Below are positions 1-9,555 of a DNA stretch of 64,000 bases, piece after piece (the stretch's first letter is position 1; every line of letters begins with the position of its first letter). Source of the stretch: Verrucomicrobiia bacterium (GTDB taxonomy: Bacteria > Chloroflexota > Dormibacteria > Aeolococcales > Bog-877). The notes beneath the pieces are model-generated. The model was not told the origin of the DNA. It did no database searches and saw nothing but the letters and a program-made list of their open reading frames with translations. The DNA lies in the NCBI GenBank assembly GCA_035532155.1, contig DATKRN010000022.1, positions 76,571-140,570 of the forward strand, written 5' to 3'. Position numbers and translations under genes: made by a program.

Positions 1-255
1 CGGGAGGGCCTGTACTCCTCCTTGCTGAGTGATTGGCGCCGGCGCCGGGCCGCCGATGGGCGAGCGGCACCGGACCGGAAGCGGGGCCGAAAGCCAACGC
101 CGTCGTCCCAGACCGAACTCGCTCGCCTGCGCAAGGAGAACGCCAGGCTCACGAAGGACCTGGCTGCCGCCAGGATGGTGGTTGACGTTCAAAACAACGT
201 CTCAGCACTCTTGGGGATCGCCCTCGAGAGTGCAGAGTCGGAGACCACGCCGTGA
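1..255 (+). CDS. IS3-family transposase OrfA, C-terminal part (5' end outside window)
   Basis: Frame open from base 1 (REGLYSSLLSDWRRRR...); leucine-zipper-like LARLRKENARLTKDLAAARMVV as in IS3 OrfA; its TGA overlaps the GTG of OrfB (GTGA at 252-255); OrfB lies in the -1 frame. Confidence 0.75.
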   Translation, partial: REGLYSSLLSDWRRRRAADGRAAPDRKRGRKPTPSSQTELARLRKENARLTKDLAAARMVVDVQNNVSALLGIALESAESETTP

Positions 256-1262
256 TCGATGCGTCGGTGACGAAGCTGGCGCCTGCGGTGGGCACGGCGG
301 CTGCGTGCCGGGCGCTGAACGCCAGCCGCTCGGGCGTGTACCGGCGCCGATCGCCACGACCGGTGAGGCCCATTCTCGGGCCGTCGGCGCCGTCACACCG
401 GGCTCTCTCCGGCCCGGAGCGGACTGCCGTGCTCGACGAACTCCGGTCCGAACGCTTCACCGACCACTCGCCTGCCCAGGTGTACGCGACGCTGCTCGAT
501 GAAGGGAGATACCTGGCCTCGCAAAGCACGATGTACCGCCTGCTGGCGGCCAACGGTGAAGTCCGCGAGCGTCGCGACCAGCTGCGCCGCCCCAACTACG
601 CCAAGCCGGAGCTCCTGGCCACCAGGCCCAACGAGCTGAGGTCCTGGGACATCACCAAGCTGTTCGGCCCGCAGAAGTGGACGTACTTCTACCTCTACGT
701 GATCCTCGATGTCTTCAGCCGCTACGTCGTTGGTTGGATGGTCGCGCACCGCGAGTCCGCCGTCCTCGCCGAGAAGCTCATCAGCGAGACGCTGGCCAAG
801 CAGGGAATCAAGCCGGGCGAGCTGACCCTCCACGCCGATCGCGGATCATCCATGAAGTCGAAGCCGGTCGCGTTCCTGCTCGCCGACCTGGGCGTGACGA
901 AGTCGCATTCGCGACCCCACGTCTCCAACGACAACCCCTTCTCCGAGTCGCAGTTCAAGACGATGAAGTACCGGCCGGAGTTCCCCGACCGGTTCGGGTG
1001 TATCCAGGATGCGCGCGCCTTCGGTCAGCCCTTCTTCATCTGGTACAACGACGCGCACCGGCATTCAGGGTTGGGACTGCACACCCCCGCATCCATCCAC
1101 TACGGCACGGCCGCTGCCATCCGCGACCAGCGCGGCGTGATCCTTACCGCCGCCTATGCCGCTCACCCAGAGCGCTTCGTCCAGGCGATGCCTCAGCCGC
1201 CGGCGCTGCCGACCGCCGTCTGGATCAACCCACCCCGTCCGGAGGAGCCTTCTGATCAGTAA
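252..1262 (+). CDS. IS3-family transposase OrfB (rve/DDE integrase core)
   Basis: 336 aa; YFYLYVILDVFSRYVVGWMV...LHADRGSSMKS...SNDNPFSESQFKTMKYRPEF matches the D,D,E core of IS3-type OrfB. Confidence 0.9.
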   Translation: MIDASVTKLAPAVGTAAACRALNASRSGVYRRRSPRPVRPILGPSAPSHRALSGPERTAVLDELRSERFTDHSPAQVYATLLDEGRYLASQSTMYRLLAANGEVRERRDQLRRPNYAKPELLATRPNELRSWDITKLFGPQKWTYFYLYVILDVFSRYVVGWMVAHRESAVLAEKLISETLAKQGIKPGELTLHADRGSSMKSKPVAFLLADLGVTKSHSRPHVSNDNPFSESQFKTMKYRPEFPDRFGCIQDARAFGQPFFIWYNDAHRHSGLGLHTPASIHYGTAAAIRDQRGVILTAAYAAHPERFVQAMPQPPALPTAVWINPPRPEEPSDQ

Positions 1263-1306
1263 TTACGCGACCCGATGTGTCCCAAAGGGGTTGACTTTTT
1301 CCGCCT

Positions 1307-1313
1307 CTCCACG
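1307..1313. repeat. Target-site duplication (left copy) of the IS21 element: CTCCACG
   Basis: Identical 7-mer CTCCACG directly abuts both ends of the IS (1307-1313 and 3890-3896). Confidence 0.85.
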
Positions 1314-1418
1314 TGTCAGCGGGCAGGCAAAAGCGGCCACTGACGGGCAGGTCAAAACCGGCCAACTGAGGTAGCTCCGAAGGCCGTTCACACTCCTCCG
1401 GCAAGGAGGGAGTGAACG

Positions 1419-2951
1419 TTGGGGAACTACTTGAAGCTGACCGACCGGCGCCGGGTGATGGCGCTGTGTGAACTCGATTGGAGCTACCGACGGATCGAGC
1501 GGGAGACGGGGGTTAGGCGGGAGACGATCGCCCGGTACGACCCCCGTCGGCAACCAAAACCGGCCACGGTGCCCATGACTGACCCGTCACAACCGGCCAC
1601 GGTGCCCACCGGAGCAAAGGCGGCCACGGTGCCCGCCGGGTCGATGCCCAAGGCGGTGAGCGCGGCGGCGCCGTTCGGCGAGGTGATCGAGCAGAAGCTC
1701 GCGCAGGGCCTCACCGCGCAGCGGATCTGGCAGGACCTCCGTGAAGACGGCTTCGACCACGGCTACGACAGCGTCAAGCGGCTGGTGCGCGCCGTCCGCA
1801 AGCGCCGGCCGGAGGTGGCGGCGGTGATGGAGCACCCGCCGGGGAAGGAGGGGCAGGTCGACTACTTCAAGAGCCCTGCCCCGGTGCTCAACCCTGCGAC
1901 CGGCCGCTGGGGCCGGCCGTGGGTCTTCCGGATGACGTTGTCGTGCTCCAAGCATGGCTACGAGGAGCCGCTGTGGACGCAGGAGCTGACGCCGTTCCTG
2001 CGTGCCCACGAGCACGCCGTCATCGCCTTCGGGGGAGTGCCCGAGGTGATCCGCCACGACAACCTCAAGGCAGCGGTCACCCGGGCCTGCCTGTACGACC
2101 CCGACGTCAACACCGTCTACGCCGCCTTTGCGGCGCACTGGGGATTCACACCGCTGCCGAGCAGGCCGTACCACCCGGAGGAGAACGGGGTCGAGGAGAG
2201 AAGCGGGGGGTACGTCAAATCGAACGCGCTCAAGGGGCGGCGCTTCGACAGCCTCGAGCTGATGGCGGACCACCTGCAGAACTGGAACCGCACGTACGCC
2301 CAGCAACGGATCCACGGGACTACTCGCCGACAGGTTCTGGCGCACTTCCTGGAGGTGGAGCGGCCGGCCCTCCGGCCGCTGCAGACGGACCCGTTCGCGA
2401 TCTTCGAGGTGGGCACGCGGACCGTCCATGTCGACGGCTACATCGAGGTGAAGGCCGCGTTCTACTCAGTGCCGCCCAGCCAACTTGGCAACCAGGTCCA
2501 GGTCCACTGGGACGAGCAGATGGTGCGGGTCTACACCCCGGGTGCGGCGACCCTGCTGGCCGTCCACCATCGCAAGACCGCGGGTGAGTGGTCCACGCAC
2601 CCCGACCATCGACCGGCCCACAAGCCGGCGCGGCAGGAGGCGTACGAGCAGCACCAGCTCAGTCGCTGTACCCGCATCGGACCGGACTGCCGTGCCTGGG
2701 CGGTGGCGGCGATCGAAGAGCGTCAGCAGCGCAGCTATCGGCTGATGCAGGGGGTGGTGTCGCTCACCCGCAAGCACCCACGCGAGCGGGTGAACTGGGC
2801 CTGCCGTATCGCGCTGGAACGTCGGGCCTTCCGCTTCCAGACGCTGCGTCAGTTGGTGGAGACGGCCGCCGAGCGGGCGGCCGAGCCGCCCCCGCTGATC
2901 CAGCAGCACGAGCTCATCCGGCCCCTCGACGCCTATGCACAGGAGGCCTGA
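1419..2951 (+). CDS. istA: IS21-family transposase IstA
   Basis: 510 aa; N-terminal HTH (DWSYRRIERETGVRRETIARY); rve core (QVDYF...RHDNLKAAV...PYHPEENGVEERSGGYVK); TTG start 9 nt after AAGGAGG (1403-1409). Confidence 0.9.
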   Translation: MGNYLKLTDRRRVMALCELDWSYRRIERETGVRRETIARYDPRRQPKPATVPMTDPSQPATVPTGAKAATVPAGSMPKAVSAAAPFGEVIEQKLAQGLTAQRIWQDLREDGFDHGYDSVKRLVRAVRKRRPEVAAVMEHPPGKEGQVDYFKSPAPVLNPATGRWGRPWVFRMTLSCSKHGYEEPLWTQELTPFLRAHEHAVIAFGGVPEVIRHDNLKAAVTRACLYDPDVNTVYAAFAAHWGFTPLPSRPYHPEENGVEERSGGYVKSNALKGRRFDSLELMADHLQNWNRTYAQQRIHGTTRRQVLAHFLEVERPALRPLQTDPFAIFEVGTRTVHVDGYIEVKAAFYSVPPSQLGNQVQVHWDEQMVRVYTPGAATLLAVHHRKTAGEWSTHPDHRPAHKPARQEAYEQHQLSRCTRIGPDCRAWAVAAIEERQQRSYRLMQGVVSLTRKHPRERVNWACRIALERRAFRFQTLRQLVETAAERAAEPPPLIQQHELIRPLDAYAQEA

Positions 2952-3054
2952 AACGCACCACATCGACCGGCCCGCCACAACGCGGGCCGCTGTACGGGGC
3001 CCAGGAGGCCCGGCGACGACCCCCCATGACCCACAACACTTGGAGGAATCACCC

Positions 3055-3813
3055 GTGAACGACCTCGACACCCGGCTGCGTCACCTGCGTCTGTCGGGCA
3101 TGGCAGAGACCCTCGACGCCCGCAACCGGGAGGCCATCACCCACCACCTCGCCCATGTCGACTTTCTGGAGCTGCTGGTGGAGGACGAGCTGACGCGCCG
3201 GCGCGACCGGCTGACCCAGCGACGGATCAAGGCGGCGGGGTTGCCGCAGCTCAAGACCCTGGCCGACTTCGACTGGGCCTTCAACCGCAGCGTCCCCAAG
3301 CCGCTGATCCTCGACCTCGCTACCGTCCGGTTCGTCCGCGAGCGCACCGGCGTTCTGCTTGTGGGGCCGCCCGGCGTCGGCAAGTCACACATCTGCCTGT
3401 CGCTGGCGCTGGCCGCGATCAACGCCGGCCACACGGTGCGCTACCGATCCGCCTTCGATCTCGCCGAAGACCTCGCCGAGGCCGAAGCGACCGGGACCCG
3501 GCGCGATCTCGTCCGGGCTCTCACCCGGGTTGACCTGCTCTGCCTCGACGACCTGGGGATGCGCGAGCTACCGCCGACAGCGGCGGAAGACTTCCTCGAG
3601 TTGATCACCCGGCGCTACGAGGTGGGGGCGACGATCATCACGTCCAACCGCCCCGTCGAGGACTGGGGCCAGCTTCTTGGCGACACCGCCGCCGCCGGCG
3701 CCATCCTCGATCGCTTCCTCCACCACGCCGAGATCATCAAGTTGCAGGGGCACTGCCACCGCATGCACGAACGCCAGCAGCGGCGCTCTGACTTGACCGC
3801 AGCGGCCAACTGA
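3055..3813 (+). CDS. istB: IS21-family helper ATPase IstB
   Basis: Walker A LVGPPGVGKSH, Walker B LLCLDDLG, IstB-like N-terminus LRLSGMAETLDARN; GTG at 3055 preceded by GGAGG (3042-3046); the track's upstream start at 2935 would overlap istA. Confidence 0.88.
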   Translation: MNDLDTRLRHLRLSGMAETLDARNREAITHHLAHVDFLELLVEDELTRRRDRLTQRRIKAAGLPQLKTLADFDWAFNRSVPKPLILDLATVRFVRERTGVLLVGPPGVGKSHICLSLALAAINAGHTVRYRSAFDLAEDLAEAEATGTRRDLVRALTRVDLLCLDDLGMRELPPTAAEDFLELITRRYEVGATIITSNRPVEDWGQLLGDTAAAGAILDRFLHHAEIIKLQGHCHRMHERQQRRSDLTAAAN

Positions 3814-3889
3814 CCGCACCATTACGACCGCGCCTCACTGGCCGGTTTTGAAGTGCCCACGACTGGCCGCATTTGGGTGCCCGGTGACA

Positions 3890-3896
3890 CTCCACG
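3890..3896. repeat. Target-site duplication (right copy) of the IS21 element: CTCCACG
   Basis: See 1307-1313. Confidence 0.85.
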
Positions 3897-4867
3897 TACG
3901 CAATGGTCGGCGGGTGCCACCTCATCCGAACTATCACGGCTCGGTACAGGGCGGCGTTCGCCTGGCGGTTGCCGCCGCGGTTGAGTCGGTGGCGGCCGTT
4001 GGTCTTCCCAGATCCGGCCGGGATCGGACAGGCGCCGCACAGCTTGGCCAAGGCGGCCTCCGAGCGCAGGCGCTCAGCATTGTCTCCAGCGGTGACGAGC
4101 ATCTCGGCGGCGATGTCCGGTCCAATCCCAAAGGCGGCCACAAGGTCCGGCGCTGCCGCCTTCATCAACCGGCGAAGGTGGGCGCTGTGGGACTTGATCT
4201 CCTCGTGGAGCGCGAGCCCCCGACAGACCAGCGCCCTGAGCCCGTACCGGGACGCTGAGGTGGGCGTGTCAGTCCCTGCCTCTCCGGCGAGTTCAGAACA
4301 CGCCAATACCAAGCGGACGTCGCTCAGCGGCTCGAGCGCAGCACGCAGCTCGTCGTCAGCAGTGACCAGGACCGCCTTCAATGTGATCATGGCCTGGGAA
4401 TGGGCCCGGACAGCGCTATCCCGAGCGATCTTGATTAGCCGAATGGCTTCCACGATCCCATCGGCCCACTTGGGGGTCGAGAGCTTCTTCCCGGTGAGAA
4501 CCTCTCTGGCCGCATGTTCCGCGTCGATAGCATCACGCTTGCCGAGAAGCCTTCGCTCTCCCTTCCGGGCTGGACGGCTTACCTCAGCGACCCTCTGTCC
4601 GTTGCGGCGGAGAAACCGCGCCAGGCCGCTGCCGTACGAACCTGTCCCTTTCACTGCGAAGATTCCCACATCGCCCAAAGTACCGTTCCACGTCAGCAGC
4701 TGGGCGTACCCAGCGGCATTTGCTGGAATTGAGATCTCTCCGACCCGGGCGCCGAGACCGTCCAGGGCTACCCCGACGTGCTGCTCCTTGTGCGTGTCGA
4801 CACTCACAACGATGTCCCCCCGACCAGGTGCGATGATGTCCACGGTGCTGATCTCCTTCACGGTCAC
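3890..4867 (-). pseudogene. IS110-family transposase, 3' end disrupted by IS21 and IS3 insertions
   Basis: N-terminal DEDD-type region (IVVSVDTHKEQHVGVALD) and C-terminal region (CPIPAGSGKTNGRHRLNRGGNRQANAALYRAVIVRMRWHPPTIAYVE). After ...AYVE the frame runs into the IS21 right end. The 18 bp at 1296-1313 continue the frame as VERRK. Confidence 0.85.
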
Positions 4868-5039
4868 CGACTACGCTCGCCGTGGACGGCTGGACAGGAC
4901 TGCGATGGGAACTGGTGAGATCAGGCTCCTATCAGGTCACAGCCGTTCGTGGGCGAGTACTCCAACGGGTTGTGCTGCTGGAGGGCCGACTCGTCAACGC
5001 AAGGGCACCGAGCCGGTCGTAACTTGGGTCAGACCCTCA

Positions 5040-6083
<1,044 letters not shown>

Positions 6084-6232
6084 AGTTGCGGACGGATGCC
6101 TCGCGCTCGCCGTCCTGGCTGGCGTCAGGCGGCCCTCCCCTCAGGAAGTAAACAAGGGCGGCGATGCAATGGATTCTCGGAGGCCATGTCACCTCACATC
6201 GACATTGACTCCGGTATCATGGCAATCCGTCC

Positions 6233-6787
6233 ATGTACGTCTTCGACTACGTCATCTACGGCCTGTGGGCCCTCTTCTGGTTGGCATGGCTGGCAGCCGC
6301 CCTCACGGCCAAGCGGGCAGCTCACTCTCGAATGCGTCAGTTCGCCGGCTTGAGGGTCGCCCTTTTCGTCATCCTGATCTTGGTCGGTCGCTCGGGAGCC
6401 TTCAAAGGTCCGCACGCCATCGTGAGCAACCCCATCCTCCAAGGCATCGGCATGGGCCTGTTCCTGACCGGGTTGGGACTGGCTCTGTGGGCACGGGTCT
6501 ATCTGGGACGGAACTGGGGCACCCCGATGTCCGAGAAGGTGGACGCGGAGTTGGTCAGCACCGGGCCCTATCGGTACATCCGCAACCCCATCTACTCGGG
6601 AATTATCCTCGCCGCCGTCGGGACGGCGGTAGCCGTGAGCTGGTATTGGCTCGTTGCCGTCGTGTTCATGGGCGCGTACTTCATCTACAGCGCAACCGTC
6701 GAGGAGCACACCATGGAAAGCCTCTTTCCGAACGACTATCCGGCATACAAGCGCTCGACTAAAATGCTGATTCCTTTTATGTTCTGA
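6233..6787 (+). CDS. Isoprenylcysteine carboxyl methyltransferase (ICMT)/phospholipid methyltransferase family membrane protein
   Basis: 184 aa, multi-TM; LGRNWG...LVTSGPYRYIRNPIYSG...EE..L...F..Y..Y pattern typical of the ICMT/PEMT family; visibly lower GC than its surroundings. Confidence 0.8.
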   Translation: MYVFDYVIYGLWALFWLAWLAAALTAKRAAHSRMRQFAGLRVALFVILILVGRSGAFKGPHAIVSNPILQGIGMGLFLTGLGLALWARVYLGRNWGTPMSEKVDAELVSTGPYRYIRNPIYSGIILAAVGTAVAVSWYWLVAVVFMGAYFIYSATVEEHTMESLFPNDYPAYKRSTKMLIPFMF

Positions 6788-6919
6788 GCCATCAGCTAGT
6801 CGAGGGTGTCCCCGAATCTCGACCAAAAGAACAGGTCAGGGTCGCCCACTAGGCCGGGCGGATGACAGGTTCACGGGACCAAGAATCGGGCCTCTGCTAA
6901 CTCTCGCGAGCACCCAGAC

Positions 6920-7540
6920 GAGCCATTTGCTCCATTGGTGTTCGACCCGGACGTGGAGATCCTCGAGGCTGGATTCCTCAACAAGCCGGCACCAGCCCCG
7001 TGCGCCGGACGTACCCCACCAGCCCCTCCACGAGGCCCTTCTCATGGCCCTGACCCGGGGTGCAGTGGTGAGCCTGGAACCGATACGCGCTCTGCCGGGC
7101 CACGAACTCCGAGCAGGGGACGAACGTGCCTGCGCGTCGCCGCCCCAGCTGGCTGGGATTGTCATCCCAGCAGCTCGCCGGCACCCCGCCCCAGGCCTGG
7201 AACGCCCGCACGTGCCCGTCCAGCCACGCCGCCCGATCCTGCTGCCGGTACGCCACCACCATGTCCCGGGTCGAGTACGCCAGCCGGGCGCAGAACCGGA
7301 ACACCCGGGTCGCCACTCCGGCGAGCAGCACGGTCGCCTCCCCGAAGTCGATCTGGGCTTCTGCCCCCCGGTCGTGAGCCAGCGGCAACGTCACCCCGCG
7401 CACCTCTGTCTGGCGGTACCGCCGCACCCACTCCCGCACCATCGACTCCCCGCAATGGAAGGTGTATTCGGCCCCCAGCCGCTCCCAGATCCGGCGGGTG
7501 GTGTGGCGCTGCGTGGGGGCATCGGCGGTCATCGGCCCGA
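6920..7540 (-). pseudogene. IS21-family IstA fragment (N- and C-terminally truncated, frameshifted)
   Basis: AEAQIDFGEATVLLAGV...DMVVAYRQQDRAAWLDGHVRAFQAWGGVP...CTPGQGHEKGLVEGLVGYVRR. The tail SLEDLHVRVEHQW continues in another frame. No HTH region and no istB. Confidence 0.75.
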
Positions 7541-7797
7541 CCCTCGTGTCGGGCCCCGGGCTGAGACGAAAGGAGGACGGTGCCCGGCCGGGACTCCACG
7601 GGCCCAGTCCGCTCGTCATCCGCCCCTCCTAGCGTTGTAGGACTAGGCCCCCCTCCCTCAACACCGACGCGCCGCCAGCCAAGGCCCGACGGCATGGTCC
7701 TGGTCGGGGAAGGCAGCGGGGGCCGGCAGCGCCGCTTCAGCTGCTGACGAGCCGCGTCCTTCGGCCACGAGCTTTGGAACGGCAACGAGGCCAGCCG

Positions 7798-8481
7798 TCA
7801 CAGGCCCGGGAACGGGTTCTCGAGGGACCCCAGGACGTGCTCGCCGCCGGCGGCGAGCAGCTCATCCGCGGAGTAATGGCCGCTGGCCACCCCGACCGGG
7901 ACCGCCCCTGCCGCACTGGTCGCCTCCATATCGCGCGGGGTGTCGCCCACCACGAACACCTGGTCCCGCTCCAGCCTGACGCCATGGAGACGGGAGGCCT
8001 TGTCGATGGCGATCTGAGTGAGCTCGGTCCTATCCGCGGAGTCGGATCCGTACCCGCCGAAGACGAAGAACCGATTCAAGTTGGCGGGGACGAGCTTGGT
8101 CCGGGCCGCACCTTCCATGGCCCCCGACACGAGCCCGAGCATCACCCCAGCGTCGCCCAGGCGCAAGAGCGTGTCCTGGGCTCCGGGAAGCACTCGGTAG
8201 TGCTCCGACGCCCAGATCTCTCCTCCCAGGTAGCGAAGGTAGGCAGCGTAGAGCTTGCTCAGCTCCTCGGTGGTGGGCTCACGGTGGAGCACCGCCGTGA
8301 ACGTGGCCCGGGCCACCTGCGGGTCGGTCTCCCCGGCCGAGGTGTGGGCCCCGATGTCGGCCGGGATGCCGTGGAGCTGCTGGAAGGCCGCCATCCAGCT
8401 CCTGGCCCCGGCTCCCCCCGTGTGGACCAACGTCTCGTCCACGTCGAACAGCACCACCACCGGTGTGATCGGCGCCCCCAC
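7798..8481 (-). CDS. HAD-superfamily hydrolase (phosphoglycolate-phosphatase-like)
   Basis: DxDxT motif VVLFDVDETLV, later VGDTPRDMEA; GTG start at 8481 chosen because it sits 1 nt from the stop of the upstream gnd ORF. Confidence 0.8.
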   Translation of the reverse strand: MGAPITPVVVLFDVDETLVHTGGAGARSWMAAFQQLHGIPADIGAHTSAGETDPQVARATFTAVLHREPTTEELSKLYAAYLRYLGGEIWASEHYRVLPGAQDTLLRLGDAGVMLGLVSGAMEGAARTKLVPANLNRFFVFGGYGSDSADRTELTQIAIDKASRLHGVRLERDQVFVVGDTPRDMEATSAAGAVPVGVASGHYSADELLAAGGEHVLGSLENPFPGL

Positions 8482-8482
8482 G

Positions 8483-9516
8483 TCAGGCCTTCTTCTCGTC
8501 GTGCCCACCAAAGCCCCTGCACCTAGCGGAGAGGACATTGTCGGCGAAGTCGTCGAGATGCCTGGACGCGCAACGCGAGTCGAGCGAGATGGTGACCACC
8601 GGAGCGGGAACCCCTTCGTCGATGGCCGCAATCGACGTCCAGCGGCCCTCCCGGGAGTCGCACACGCGCCCGGCGAACCCCTCCAGGTCGGGTGAGTGCG
8701 CCAGCGCGGTCGCGGTCAGGTCCAAAAGCCACGACTCCATGACACTGCCCCGCCGCCACCCCTCCGCCACCGCGGCGGCGGAGGGGTCGAATTCATAGAA
8801 TTCCGGCTGCTCCATCGGCCCGGTCTCGGCATCGGCCTCGGCGATGCGCTTGCCGGCGGCGGAATTGTGCAGGATGTTGAGCCCTTCGGCGAGCGAGGCC
8901 ATCATCCCGTACTCCATACCGTTGTGAACCATCTTCATAAAATGCCCAGCGCCGTTGGGGCCACAGTGCAAGAAGCCGTGCTCGGCCGGATCGGGTTCCC
9001 CGACGCGCCCGGAGTCCAGGTCCCAGCGTCCACACCGGGCGCAATGCTCGCAAAGAGCGGAGGGAGGTGGTCGACGACCTCGGCTGCACCGCCAATCATG
9101 AGGCAGTAGCCTCGTTCGATCCCCCACACCCCGCCGCCGGTCCCGCCGTCAACCAGCTGGATCCCCCGCCCGGACAGCGACGTGGCACGGCGGATGTCGT
9201 CCCGGTCGTAGGAGTGGCCGCCGTCGATGATCCTGTCCCCGTGCTCCATGTGAGCGGCCCGCTCGCCGAGCGTCGTGTCAGTGACCCCACCGGCTGGCAC
9301 CATCACCCAGGCCGCTCGCGGGTTCACCAACTTCGGGACCAAGTCGGACACTGCGCACGCGCCCGTCGCCCCTTCCTTCTCCAGTGCGGAGACCGCCTCG
9401 GAGGCAACAGCGAAGACACCGCAGGTGTGACCATCGCGAATCAGACGACGAACGATGTTCGCGCCCAACCGTCCAAGCCCGACTACGTCGAGCTGCATCG
9501 GCTTGCTGGCTGCCAT
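8483..9516 (-). pseudogene. gnd: 6-phosphogluconate dehydrogenase (decarboxylating, short Gnd/YqeC type) with a 1-nt frameshift
   Basis: N-terminal frame MQLDVVGLGRLGANIVRRL...LFASIAPGVDAGTWTPG; C-terminal frame RVGEPDPAEHGFLHCGPNGAGHFMKMVHNGMEYGMM...FGGH. The frames switch at ~9006-9010 (actccggg|cgcgtc), consistent with one missing base. ATG at 9516 lies 6 nt after AAGGAGG. Confidence 0.8.
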
Positions 9517-9555
9517 CCGCGTCCCTCCTTGTACCACCATGCCTCCACCGACCAT

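Larger units (their letters stand above)
1..1295 (+). mobile_element. IS3-family element #1 (left end outside window)
   Basis: OrfA/OrfB pair; right end placed at about 1295, where similarity to a second 3'-end copy (20299-20505) stops (...aggggttgac in both). Boundary +/- a few bp. Confidence 0.7.
1314..3889 (+). mobile_element. IS21-family insertion sequence, apparently intact (2,576 bp)
   Basis: TG...CA termini. Each end carries two tandem ~25-nt repeats of the form gggcagg/c..aaaa(c/g)cggcca. Left end: tgtcagcgggcaggcaaaagcggccactgacgggcaggtcaaaaccggccaactgagg. Reverse complement of right end: tgtcaccgggcacccaaatgcggccagtcgtgggcacttcaaaaccggccagtgagg. Contains istA+istB and is flanked by a 7-bp TSD. 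Confidence 0.9.

Noticed and set aside
181-255. Canonical A_AAA_AAG-type slippery site for OrfA-OrfB frameshifting in IS3 element #1.
   Set aside because: No such heptamer is present (the only A-run, ttcaaaacaac, is not in register). The GTGA stop/start overlap suggests translational coupling instead, so no frameshift site is claimed.
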